Below are positions 1-9,190 of a stretch of DNA of 32,000 nt, one piece after another. The notes under the pieces were generated by a model, which searched no databases, was not told the DNA's origin, and was given only the letters and a program-made list of their open reading frames with translations. Source of the stretch: Planctopirus limnophila DSM 3776 (GTDB taxonomy: Bacteria > Planctomycetota > Planctomycetia > Planctomycetales > Planctomycetaceae); contig NC_014148.1 in NCBI RefSeq assembly GCF_000092105.1, forward strand, positions 570,001-602,000, given 5' to 3'. A program made the position numbers and the translations under genes. Every line of letters starts with the position of its first letter. Within the stretch, counting starts at the first letter, position 1.

Positions 1-3000
1 TGAAGGTTGTTGATGCCACCAGATGTAACCAGGATCCCGTTGGAACCGTTGGCATCGATAGTATTGTTGACAATCGTGTCAACCGTCTGAGCATTGGTGT
101 TCGGATTGAAGCTCGAACCGGAAATGTTAATTCCGTTCGCTGTGTTCTCGCTGATGGTGTTGTCGGTGATTGACAGTGAATGAGCCACTGAAACGTCAAT
201 ACCGTCATTACCATTTCCAACAATCGTATTGTTGGTGATCACACTGCTGATGAAGGGGGTATCGGTAAGAGCGGAATTGACTGAGAACTGGATCCCGTCG
301 CCGCCGTTGTTCTGGATTGAGTTGGTATCAATATCAACCTGCAGGTCAGCATCCGCCACCAGCTGGGCAGTAATACCGCGGGCCCGGTTGTTATCGATGG
401 TGTTGTTGGTGATCGTGTAGACATCAGCATCGAGATTGCGGGCACGGGCGGTGATATCAATACCGTCGCTGTTGCCCGTGATGATGTTGTTGTCGATCAG
501 CACATTGCGGATGAACGAGTCGGCTTCACGGTCAAAGTGGAGACCATCACCAGCCCCTTCATTGGCGTTGAAGGTCGACCCGGTAATCGAGACGTCGGTG
601 ACATCAGCAAACGATCTCGTATTGAGCGAGAAGCCATGGCTTCCGTTTGCTGAAGAATCGATATTCTGCACCACAATCGAAGGCACGGTCACATTCGGTG
701 CCAGCGTGTTGTCAGTGAGGGTGATTTCGATACCCTCAGCGTTGTTTCCGTTGAACAGTGTTCCGGTGGTGTCGGTCGCATCCCCGATGGTAATGCCACC
801 ATAAGTGGCCGATCCGACACCCCGCAACGAGAGACCCTGGCCAGCGTAACCTGCGACCGTACCAAGCTGTGTGTTCGAGATGGTCGTGCCCGAGATATCA
901 ACCGTAGCCCCGGCGGTGTTGCTGAGAGCCACTGCGACACCCGCCCCGCGGTTGTTGTCGACAATATTGACGAGGCTGGGGTTGGCTCCCGCTTCCATCG
1001 TCAGGTTGACGGCATTGGCATTTGTGCCATTAGCAACAATGTTAATCCCGATACCTGTGTTGTTGTTGACACGGTTGTTGGCAAAGGTTGTTGTGAGCTG
1101 CGAACCATTCTGGACGAGGAAGTTCACGCCTTCGGCACCGTTGGCAGAAATCGAAGCATTATCGGTGAAGGTCATCGTCGCCTGAGCGGTATCCGCCAGG
1201 ACGAGATTCACACCTTGATCGCCGTTGTTATCAATCGTGTTATTCGTGAAAGTCTGGTTCAGGATCGTTGTTGAATTGGCGGCGAGATTGATACCCGCAC
1301 CACCTGTGTTGTTGGTGATGGTGTTCGCATCGTAGACGATATCGATTGAGCTGCCGCTGGTGGGGTTGATCATGCGGATACCGTCGCCGCCGATGTGGCC
1401 GTCGATGGTGTTGTTGCTGATCGTACCGCCGATGGTGCTGTTGACGACGTTGAACTCGATGCCGTTTAGGCCGTTATTGGCAATGCTGGCCAGAGCCGCA
1501 TGGGGTGCCATCGCCTGAGTGACAGTGAAGTTGGTTGTGCGGACAACCTCAGCCGTGGATGAGGGGCTGGATGGAGTGGATCCGCTGGTGATAGCCTGCA
1601 AATAGGGATCGGAGGCGTTGATGTTGACCACATAGCCCTGGTCGGCCAGTGAAGCTGTTGTCGTGCGGCTGATCGGGTTGTCCACACCGGGGTTCAAGAA
1701 GCCGGTCATCAACTCGTTATCGTAAATCGATTCACGCCAGTGAGAATCGCGAGTTCCAGGGCCGCCGGTGTTTTCCACTGGCACGCCAGTTTCGACGTTC
1801 GCGAAGCGGGCGTTGTATTCCGCCGTCGCTTGAGCACCCGTGAAGCGTGGATCGGCTGTGCCGCCACCCTGCAACAGACCCTGGAGGTTCCAGACCGTGC
1901 CAATCCCGAGAACGTGTCCCATCTCATGGAGGATGACATCGAACAGCTGTCCGCTAGCCTCGAGGTTGGCGAGATCGGCACTGTCGAATCGCATGCCGCC
2001 GGAGTACGGGAGATTGCTGCCAGCCCGGATTCCATTAGGTCCGGCTTGGCCGAGAATCCCGCCGACGCCGTCGATATTGGCACCTTCGGCGGAGATTCTG
2101 AGATCGTCGATGATATCGCCGCCACCCAGGTCGACGTCGGCCAGATCACCTGTGATGAGTTGCGACCACCGAGCGGCCGCCTGGGAGAAGATGGCCTGCT
2201 GGGAAGGAGTGAGGCCACCGAGAAGGACGACCTCGATATTAAACTGGCTGATCGGTGTCGGATTGTTCCCACCGAGGCCGTTGGAATCGATGAGGAAGTT
2301 GGCGAAGCTCGAGTTGTCGAGATCGATGTTAATCCCGTCGAGAGTATTCCCGGAGATCGAGCTGTTATTGATGATCTGGAAGTTGTCGGCTGTGGAGTTA
2401 ACCAGAGTCAGGTTGATACCGTTGGCCAGGTTGCTGTCGATTGTGTTGTCGTCAATCACCGAGCCGCTGAAATCACCACCGGTCGTCGCTGTGAGATTCA
2501 CACCGTTGCCGCCGTTGCCGGTGATCGTATTCTCGGCAATGGTCAGCACGAGTGGCCCGGCTGTCGTGGTGGGATCAACGACACTAATGCCGTCGCCAGC
2601 GACTGAGCCCGTGATGGTGTTGCCGCGAAGTTCCACACCGTTCGTGAAGTCAGATCCGTTCACTACGAGCTGAATGCCATTCAGTGCGTTGGCGTCGATG
2701 AGCAGGTTATTGTTGATCGTTGTGGTGGCGACAGTCGAACCGTTACTCAGATCAACGACAACACCGGAACCACCATTCCCACTGATATCGACGTTATCAC
2801 TGATATTGAGCGTGTCGAGGTTCGAGGCATCGAGAGTGACGAGCACACCATCGAGATCGTTGTTGCTGAAGTTGTTCGTGTTGATATCGAGGTTGAGTTC
2901 TGTCCCGGGAGTCGTCGAGTTGAGCAGGCTCACGAGGAGGCCAGCGCCATTTGTCGTCGTGTTCGACTGCGAGTTTGTGACAACAATACCAGCTGTCCCG

Positions 3001-6000
3001 GAGCCGTTGGTGACGGTATCACCGACAATCGCGATCCCTGCTGCATTGCCGGAGGAAGTCCCCGAGGTGTCGGCCAGCATGGAATCGATCACGATTCCAT
3101 CGGCGGTTGGCAAAGTGGCGAGCGTGTTGAGCGCCAGGTCAACCGGCACTGGCAAGCGAGGTTCGGTCACATCGTTGTCGGTACGAGTGAGTACTGAGTA
3201 AGTGTCGGTTCCCACGCCAGGTGGCAAAGCACCGAGAGCCACATTGGTGAGGGCAATGTCGATGGCATTGTCACCGTTGGTGGAGAGAACAGTTGGCCCG
3301 GTGAGGTTGACAGCAGCGGCACCGAGGATGGTATCCAGATTGATGTTTATGCCGTCGAGTGTGTTATTACTGATCGAATCGTAACCTGCGACGGTGACTC
3401 CCGCATTGAGGAGGTTCGTCATCGAAATGTTGACGCCGTTACCAGCGTTGCCATCGATGGTCTGGCCAGCGGCTCCATTGAGCAACACCAGGCCTGTGCC
3501 TGTACCCGTGCCGGTCATATTGACATTCACGCCATCGCCTGGCCCGTTGTTAAACGAACCCGAGAGGCTGACGACTGCAGTATCGACGTTGGTGAACGTG
3601 GCGTTGTATTGACCCAGCGTATTTCCGCTGATGTCGTTGTCGCCTTCCATCAGGAGGACGGCTGTGGTGCCTGCCCCTGTTCCCGCCATCTGCACACCAA
3701 AACCCTGGTTGTTGGTGGCAGTTGATGTATCGATGCGGGCCGTCATGAAGGCGCCGTTCGATGCAGCGAAGTCGTAGCCATCTCCGGTGTTGTTGTTCGA
3801 TTCCGAATCGGCGAAGAGTGTGCGGGCGATGGTGTTCGCACCGTCAGCAGTGACATTCACGCCATCAAAGACACCCGAAGTTCCGTTGCCGTTAAACTGG
3901 CTGCCGGCACTGCGGAAGTTCAACTCACCACCTGACGTAGCCGAAGCCACGAGTCCTTCTTCGCCATTGCCGTTGAACTGCGAGTCGATGGCACCAAAGG
4001 TGGCGACGGAGTTCGCATCGCTCACAGAGACATTGAGGCCGCTGAGCGTCGAACCCGTGAGGAACGAATCCTGGATGACACCGGTAAAGGTTGAACCACC
4101 TGTCGAGGAAACCAGCATGCCTTCAGCACCAGAGCCGTTGACAGTGACATCTTCGAGTACTGTGTTCAGAGTCGAGGCGCCTGAGGCGGTGAAATTCAAT
4201 CCGTTGCCGGTAGCAAGGTTGAAAGTGCCGTTCAGAAGTTCGAAGTTTTGTGTCGCACCGAGCAGCGAGGAGACGACCACTGCGTCCGCACCGGCATTGT
4301 TGCCAGTAAACCCATCGAGCGAGACGTTTGCGATCGATCCCGCACCGGTGGCCACACCGTTAATGGCGTTGACGAGGTTGTTGTCGAAGGATCCGCGAAG
4401 ACCGTTGACGGTCAACGAACTGCCGGAAGCGACGTTGTAAACAAGGCCGCGTTCCTGGGTGGCACCACCATCGCCGATGACATCCGTCAAGCCGAGGCCG
4501 AGCGAAGAAGCATTGGCAAGATCAAGATTGATCGCGTCTTGCAGACCTGTTCCGCCCGCGGCTTGCCCGTTGTTGGAAACATCAACATTTGTGAGTAGTA
4601 CGGTTCCTGTGGCGGCATCAAGAACGGCATTCAGGCCGTTGGCACCGGCACCACCGAACTGTGAGTTGGAGAGGTTGGCCGTGACGTTTGCACCGGCTGT
4701 TGCATCGATGTTGATTCCGTGACGCCCCGCACTGGTGCCATTGATGTTAGCACCCGCCACCGAGATGTTGGCTCCGGCACCTGTACCGATCAGGCTGAGT
4801 GCATCGCGGCCATTGTTCGCCAGATTGGCCCCGTTAAGTGAGAAGGGCGTTAAAGCTGTTCCCAGGATGCCACTGGTTGATTCCAGCCTGATACCATCCA
4901 GAGCGTTGCCCGAAGCAGTAAGCGGCGTCGTAGAAGTGAATGTACCGGTCGCATTGTCGATCGACATGACAATACCGGAACCTGCCGTACTGCCGGTGAA
5001 GGCATTAGCACCGCCGGTCGAGGTGAGTGCGACATCAATATCAGCACCGGATGCACCGGAGATGTTCAGGTTATCCAGTTCGTTGCCAGTGCTGGCCAGG
5101 CCATCCAGCAGCAGGTCAAGATCGGTATCTGCGGCAACGCGGGTACCAAAGCCCTGGTTGTTAGATGTCGTAACTGTCCGAATCGTTCCTGTACCATCCA
5201 CATTCGACAGATAGATTCCACCGGCAGTGGCGGAACCAGCTGTGTTGTTGTTCGTGATATTCAAGTTCTGCAGCAGGAAGTTGGTCGAACCGCCAGGAGT
5301 ATTGGTGATCCCGCTGCCGAGTGCGTCCTGAATGTTAAACGCCGAGACTTCGTTGTTACTAGCTAGAGTGACGACGTTGCCAGCAGTACTGGTGAGTGTG
5401 GGATTGCGACTGGGGTCGTTGAAATCAAACTCGGGCAGAGTGAAGGTCTGCTGTGGGATCGAGAAGGGGCCGTAGTTGGCATAGCCCTCGATCTGATGAA
5501 CCTTGCCTTCGCCCAGCAATCGCTGGAAATCGGTGAGGGTGATGGAATTGTTGTAAGGAGTAACGTTGCTGTTCCCTTGCCGAACGAGAATCAGGTCGGC
5601 AGGAGGCGAATTCGGGGGAAGCTGGGTCAATGGATCTTCATAAGTTCCGGTACCTGCTCCACCGTTGGGATTGGCGCTGTCAACCCATGTAATGAAGTAG
5701 GCTTGATCATCCCGGGGATTGATCACCGGAACAGCAACTGTCGTGTTATAAGTGGTTGTTGAGACACGCCAGTTACGCTGCACAGAAGTCAGCATGCGTT
5801 CCTGAGTATTCAGGCGTGGGAACCAGACAGTGGGCACAAAGCCGGCAAAGCGCCATTCGACATAGGCATTCACACGGGTCTTGAATGTACTGTCGTGAGT
5901 CGCAATCACACCAGCCGTCAGGTCTGTTGACAACTGAGCATCCAGTCGGCCGCGCACACCAGAGACATTGTTTTGTGTCGCATCATAGAAATAACCACCG

Positions 6001-6635
6001 CCATAAGCGCGCAGCCATGACATATTCTGCGTGACAGGGATTCCCAGTTCGAAATCTGCCCCGCGAAGAGCTTCTTCACTCAGGTAGCTACCGGTGAAAT
6101 TGAGCTGGTTCCCTGTATAAAACAGTGTATTAGATAGACCGTTGGGCCCAATCACTTTGTCACTGCTACCTGTTGGAAGGTAGGCGTTGGCCCGCAGATC
6201 AAGGTTCTGACCCAGCGATTCGAAACCAAAACCAATCTGACTGTAGCGATTCGAGTAAGTCGTTTCATCGTTATCGTAGTAGACGTTGGCACCCCAGATG
6301 CGATCTCGACCGGCATCGTAAACACGGCCGATCAAACCCACGTTCACGCCGATCTTACTGGTGTCTGTAATCAGTAATCTCGCCTGTGGAGCAATCAGGA
6401 ACTGCCCGTCATTAAGCAGTGGTGTCAGAGCACCAATCTGCGTAAATCCATGCTGGTAACCGACCCCGCTGTTCGACTGGTTGCGAACATCGAAGTAAGT
6501 GCCATTGAGCATGCCACCACCACTGAAATCCTGCATGGTGGCCACGCCGAGTTCGTCTTCTACAGATTGCGCGACAGCAGGAGCGGCCATTGCCAAGAGA
6601 AGAGCGGACGCCAGGCTGGGTTTTGTAAGTGGCAT
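1..6635 (-). CDS. Giant secreted surface protein, 3'-truncated by the window edge (more than 2211 aa in window). Order: signal peptide, inverse-autotransporter-like beta-barrel, parallel beta-helix (PbH1) passenger with a nested M8-like metalloprotease
   Basis: ATG at 6635..6633 (minus). This frame has no stop down to position 3, which explains why the ORF is not in the track. I hand-translated 6635 to about 4380 and about 3210 to 3. The frame was confirmed at three checkpoints: 6635, the HEMGH motif at 1928..1914, and 59. The N-terminus MPLTKPSLASALLLAMAAPAVA/Q is a classic signal peptide. Most of the remainder is Asn/Gly/Thr-rich repeats such as ITNNTIDNN..GI, NNTIVGNGNDGIDV and ISENTANGINI, typical of right-handed beta-helix repeats. 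Confidence 0.85.
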   Translation of the reverse strand, partial: MPLTKPSLASALLLAMAAPAVAQSVEDELGVATMQDFSGGGMLNGTYFDVRNQSNSGVGYQHGFTQIGALTPLLNDGQFLIAPQARLLITDTSKIGVNVGLIGRVYDAGRDRIWGANVYYDNDETTYSNRYSQIGFGFESLGQNLDLRANAYLPTGSSDKVIGPNGLSNTLFYTGNQLNFTGSYLSEEALRGADFELGIPVTQNMSWLRAYGGGYFYDATQNNVSGVRGRLDAQLSTDLTAGVIATHDSTFKTRVNAYVEWRFAGFVPTVWFPRLNTQERMLTSVQRNWRVSTTTYNTTVAVPVINPRDDQAYFITWVDSANPNGGAGTGTYEDPLTQLPPNSPPADLILVRQGNSNVTPYNNSITLTDFQRLLGEGKVHQIEGYANYGPFSIPQQTFTLPEFDFNDPSRNPTLTSTAGNVVTLASNNEVSAFNIQDALGSGITNTPGGSTNFLLQNLNITNNNTAGSATAGGIYLSNVDGTGTIRTVTTSNNQGFGTRVAADTDLDLLLDGLASTGNELDNLNISGASGADIDVALTSTGGANAFTGSTAGSGIVMSIDNATGTFTSTTPLTASGNALDGIRLESTSGILGTALTPFSLNGANLANNGRDALSLIGTGAGANISVAGANINGTSAGRHGINIDATAGANVTANLSNSQFGGAGANGLNAVLDAATGTVLLTNVDVSNNGQAAGGTGLQDAINLDLANASSLGLGLTDVIGDGGATQERGLVYNVASGSSLTVNGLRGSFDNNLVNAINGVATGAGSIANVSLDGFTGNNAGADAVVVSSLLGATQNFELLNGTFNLATGNGLNFTASGASTLNTVLEDVTVNGSGAEGMLVSSTGGSTFTGVIQDSFLTGSTLSGLNVSVSDANSVATFGAIDSQFNGNGEEGLVASATSGGELNFRSAGSQFNGNGTSGVFDGVNVTADGANTIARTLFADSESNNNTGDGYDFAASNGAFMTARIDTSTATNNQGFGVQMAGTGAGTTAVLLMEGDNDISGNTLGQYNATFTNVDTAVVSLSGSFNNGPGDGVNVNMTGTGTGTGLVLLNGAAGQTIDGNAGNGVNISMTNLLNAGVTVAGYDSISNNTLDGININLDTILGAAAVNLTGPTVLSTNGDNAIDIALTNVALGALPPGVGTDTYSVLTRTDNDVTEPRLPVPVDLALNTLATLPTADGIVIDSMLADTSGTSSGNAAGIAIVGDTVTNGSGTAGIVVTNSQSNTTTNGAGLLVSLLNSTTPGTELNLDINTNNFSNNDLDGVLVTLDASNLDTLNISDNVDISGNGGSGVVVDLSNGSTVATTTINNNLLIDANALNGIQLVVNGSDFTNGVELRGNTITGSVAGDGISVVDPTTTAGPLVLTIAENTITGNGGNGVNLTATTGGDFSGSVIDDNTIDSNLANGINLTLVNSTADNFQIINNSSISGNTLDGINIDLDNSSFANFLIDSNGLGGNNPTPISQFNIEVVLLGGLTPSQQAIFSQAAARWSQLITGDLADVDLGGGDIIDDLRISAEGANIDGVGGILGQAGPNGIRAGSNLPYSGGMRFDSADLANLEASGQLFDVILHEMGHVLGIGTVWNLQGLLQGGGTADPRFTGAQATAEYNARFANVETGVPVENTGGPGTRDSHWRESIYDNELMTGFLNPGVDNPISRTTTASLADQGYVVNINASDPYLQAITSGSTPSSPSSTAEVVRTTNFTVTQAMAPHAALASIANNGLNGIEFNVVNSTIGGTISNNTIDGHIGGDGIRMINPTSGSSIDIVYDANTITNNTGGAGINLAANSTTILNQTFTNNTIDNNGDQGVNLVLADTAQATMTFTDNASISANGAEGVNFLVQNGSQLTTTFANNRVNNNTGIGINIVANGTNANAVNLTMEAGANPSLVNIVDNNRGAGVAVALSNTAGATVDISGTTISNTQLGTVAGYAGQGLSLRGVGSATYGGITIGDATDTTGTLFNGNNAEGIEITLTDNTLAPNVTVPSIVVQNIDSSANGSHGFSLNTRSFADVTDVSITGSTFNANEGAGDGLHFDREADSFIRNVLIDNNIITGNSDGIDITARARNLDADVYTITNNTIDNNRARGITAQLVADADLQVDIDTNSIQNNGGDGIQFSVNSALTDTPFISSVITNNTIVGNGNDGIDVSVAHSLSITDNTISENTANGINISGSSFNPNTNAQTVDTIVNNTIDANGSNGILVTSGGINNL
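1685..2273 (-). other. Domain: leishmanolysin (peptidase M8)-like zinc metalloprotease nested in the beta-helix passenger
   Basis: The in-frame sequence is QFNIEVVLLGGLTPSQQAIFSQAAARWSQLITGDL...DGVGGILGQAGP...MRFDSADL...LFDVILHEMGHVLGIGTVWN...GTRDSHWRESIYDNELMTG. HEMGH lies at 1928..1914. The candidate third His ligand (SHW) lies at 1742..1740, 62 residues after the first His. A Met (ELMTG) follows about 11 residues later, matching the spacing I recall for GP63-type metzincins. Confidence 0.7.
5736..6566 (-). other. Domain: inverse-autotransporter (intimin/invasin IAT_beta)-like outer-membrane beta-barrel plus linker
   Basis: Residues about 24-300 are rich in alternating aromatic/Gly strands. 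They carry strings that resemble the intimin barrel core. KIGVNVGLIGRVYDAGRDRIWGANVYYDNDETTYSNRYSQIGFGFESLGQNLDLRANAYLP compares with intimin QINNGLGWRHF..GINFFFDHDLSRYHSRAGIGAEYWRDYLKLSSNGYL. ALRGADFELGIPV...YGGGYFYD compares with ARPANGWDLRAESWLP...YEQYYGD. The segment ends in VQRNWRV, compared with VDRNNNIVLEY. The domain sits at the N-terminus, ahead of the passenger, which is the inverse topology. Confidence 0.55.
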
Positions 6636-7212
6636 TGAACGATCTCTCCCGTTTACTTGATACGCATAGCCTGCGATCTGGCAGGCCGTGGCCCTCATGC
6701 TGCGAAATTGGCTGCGGAGCGGCTCTTTTTGCCGACTCGAAACCATGGACAACTCAATTCGTGCCCACACGTTCCGTACAGCCACTCTGTCGAGTTATCG
6801 TGAATATTCGGTCTGTAACGATTCTGATCTTGAATACGGTTGAACCGTACCTGAGGGTTTTTCAGGCTGTGAGGGAAGGAGAAGACAAGAATCCGGCGAT
6901 GTTTCGCATTCGATCTCTGGATCGATCCGCAGATTCTGCCAGCGAAGTCCATTAAACCCGTGATTGGCAGATAATGTGCTAAACGCAGGAAGCCTGATCG
7001 CTATGGCCAGCAACTTAATGGACGTATTCAGAGTGATGGCATGCTCGAGCAACTCGGACGATCAACGAGTGGTGCGGCTACAGGGAAGAACCCACAAGGA
7101 CATGGCCAGCATTTTCTATGGCGACGGTTTAGGGCCAACCTATTGGCCTCTTCAACGAACTCTGCGAGAACGCAGTATGCTGGCGGCGTCAGGCAGTGAC
7201 GCTTCAGCGTCA

Positions 7213-7261
7213 TAAACAAAAAGAGTGTCCGTGCCTGAGATGAAATCAGACACGGACACTC
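7213..7261 (-). terminator. Rho-independent terminator downstream of the 7341..7889 gene
   Basis: 16-bp stem (7223..7238 pairs with 7246..7261, one mismatch) and a 7-nt loop. On the minus strand it is followed by TTTTTGTTTA (7222..7213). It sits 80 nt after the stop codon. Confidence 0.6.
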
Positions 7262-7340
7262 AGCTAGGCTTCTGATTGCAAGGTCTCAGGCACATGACGC
7301 TCGCATCATGCCTGCGCTATGCCAATGTGATCCTCTGACC

Positions 7341-7889
7341 TTAGGCCGCTGGTTTGGTTTCGGCAGTTTTGGCCTTCTTGGTTTTGGGTGTGGACTGAAT
7401 TGATTTCAGTGTCTCTTTCTGGGCCGCGGTCAAGACACCCTGCAGTTCTGCATCACGTTTGGCTTTGAGAGCCGCCAGTTGCTTTTCCAGGCTCTCAATC
7501 TCGGCTGCATACTTTTTCTGGATGGTATAGACTTGCTCTTTCTGCTCGCCGGAAAGCTCGAGTTTCCCAAAGTTATTGGGCAGACGCGGCGAATCTTCCT
7601 TATCGTCCGCGGGTTTGGCACCAGCTTCGGTCTTGGGCGCCATGGCCTTTTTCGCGCCGTCGGCCTGAGCCAGCAGGTAAGCACCGGAGGCGGCTTGAAT
7701 CCCCAGGGCTCTGGTTTCTGCCTGATCAGCCTGCTGTTCAGAGCTTAGTGCCTGGATTTCGGAGGCAAAGGATGAAGTCGATTGTCCCTGGTGATTCCAG
7801 AAGGCTCCACTCAGGACAGCCCCACTCAAGAGCACTCCGCCTGTCAGTCGCATAAGGCCGGTAACTCGACGCATACTCAATTTCCCCAT
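7341..7889 (-). CDS. Secreted or periplasmic hypothetical protein with a coiled-coil and Spy/CpxP-like LTxxQ-type motifs
   Basis: The track ORF is 7341..8090, but its first 67 residues look like translated non-coding DNA. The internal start MGKLSMRRVTGLMRLTGGVLLSGAVLSGAFW gives a signal/TM segment. The C-terminus reads LSGEQKEQVYTIQKKYAAEIESLEKQLAALKAKRDAELQGVLTAAQKETLKSI followed by a Lys-rich tail. Confidence 0.55.
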   Translation of the reverse strand: MGKLSMRRVTGLMRLTGGVLLSGAVLSGAFWNHQGQSTSSFASEIQALSSEQQADQAETRALGIQAASGAYLLAQADGAKKAMAPKTEAGAKPADDKEDSPRLPNNFGKLELSGEQKEQVYTIQKKYAAEIESLEKQLAALKAKRDAELQGVLTAAQKETLKSIQSTPKTKKAKTAETKPAA

Positions 7890-8086
7890 GATCAATGAGC
7901 GTCTCGCAGAACCTGTTGCCAGTCGAGCGTAGCGGCAAAATGTGCTCATGCTGCGATAATCACTGAACACACTTATCGCATATTTGCCGCTGGTCGATGC
8001 TGACTGCAAGGAAAATCTGCCAGAAAAAGGGAAAAACGGTGAAGGCTCACGTTCTACGCAAATCGGAGAATTGAAATGGAAAACGG

Positions 8087-8542
8087 TCAATTTGCAGTTC
8101 GTGGCAGGATCATGTCCTGGTGCCAGAACTGATTCAGATCGATCATCAACCGATTGAACTTCTCGATATCGAGCGGTTTCGTCAGGTAACCTTGCACCTG
8201 CAACTTCTCTGTTTCGACGAACGTGGCTTCGTCTGTCGAAGCCGTCATGATGACGACAGGGATTGATTTGATCTGTTCTTCAGCACGCAGTTCCGCCAGA
8301 ACATCTCGACCATCGATACCGGGTAAACCCAGATCCAGAAAGATGAGATCAGGCCGGGGGGCTTGTTGATAAATCCCCCGCTGATGGAGAAATTCCAGGG
8401 CCTGCTCACCATCAGTCACCCAGGTGAGTCGATGTCGCAGGTGACTGTTTTTCAAAGCGCCAATAGCGATGCGCGAGAACATCAGGCTGTCTTCGACCAA
8501 CAGGATCTCCATCGGGCGGCCAACGGTTTCTGTATTGATCAT
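8087..8542 (-). CDS. Single-domain response regulator (CheY-like receiver)
   Basis: MINTETVGRPMEILLVEDS...PDLIFLDLGLPGIDG...PVVIMTAS...YLTKPLD carries the acidic pocket, the phospho-acceptor Asp, and the Thr and Lys signatures. The ATG at 8542 is preceded by GGAGG (cgaGGAGGtcaaATG). The longer track ORF (to 8851) adds a non-protein-like N-terminus. Confidence 0.85.
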   Translation of the reverse strand: MINTETVGRPMEILLVEDSLMFSRIAIGALKNSHLRHRLTWVTDGEQALEFLHQRGIYQQAPRPDLIFLDLGLPGIDGRDVLAELRAEEQIKSIPVVIMTASTDEATFVETEKLQVQGYLTKPLDIEKFNRLMIDLNQFWHQDMILPRTAN

Positions 8543-9190
8543 TTGACCTCCTCGCGAATGAATCACCTGCCTTAAGGATTTTCGCTTGGAAGATCCTGTT
8601 CCAGCAAGTGACCTGCGAGAAAATCCCTGCTCAAAAGGACGAATACTGGTCTGACCAGAATTGCCAAAAGCCAGTGATGTTTCGTCTGTTGTTGACTGAC
8701 CACTTCTGGCGAGCGGGAGATGAGCCCCATGAAATGACCACGTGCGGAGTCCCTCCTGATTCCTGTGCCTCGTGGGCACCGGGTCAGTACGGTCGTCATT
8801 CTGAGGAAAATCGTCGGTGTCAGGTCGATAGATGTCGATCATTATGTACACAATTCAAAAAGCGAAAAGAGTCAGCGAAAGCGATTCGTCGGCGAAAATG
8901 GAGTTGTTGAGAAAGAATTCCGGTACTCACGAGAGCTCATTTCTGAGAGGCTTTACAGTCTGGGAGGGAAAACCCTTTCAGCAAACGAATTTGTCAGGTG
9001 AGTTTGTCCTGCAGAATCCTTCCGACACAAAACGCCGTTGGTTGTTCTCATGAGCAGGTTTGCGGAAATCAAAATGCTTCAGGCAATCAACACCAAGGAT
9101 TGACACCTGACGAACTGTGAAAGTTCGCAGCGAGAATCTATCCGTCTGTTTCTGACGAGCGACCTTTGTCATGAAAATCATGGAATCTGT

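Noticed and set aside
229-5214. Many plus-strand ORFs of 60-288 aa (e.g. 1740..2606, 1840..2673, 2674..3201, 3787..4440, 4735..5214) and minus-strand ORFs in another frame (e.g. 1709..2272)
   Set aside because: Their products are low-complexity Pro/Ser/Val/Leu strings. They are shadow frames of the repetitive giant minus-strand gene (frame set by ATG 6635). Only that gene's translation carries recognisable motifs: signal peptide, barrel, PbH1 repeats and HEMGH.
7890-8090. N-terminal 67 residues of track ORF 7341..8090
   Set aside because: The sequence (MTVFHFNSPICVEREPSPFFPFSGRFSLQ...) is not protein-like and overlaps the receiver gene's stop. The internal Met gives a proper signal peptide.
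8543-8851. N-terminal 103 residues of track ORF 8087..8851
   Set aside because: There is no receiver-domain homology before MINTETVG. A GGAGG ribosome-binding site sits directly upstream of the internal ATG at 8542.
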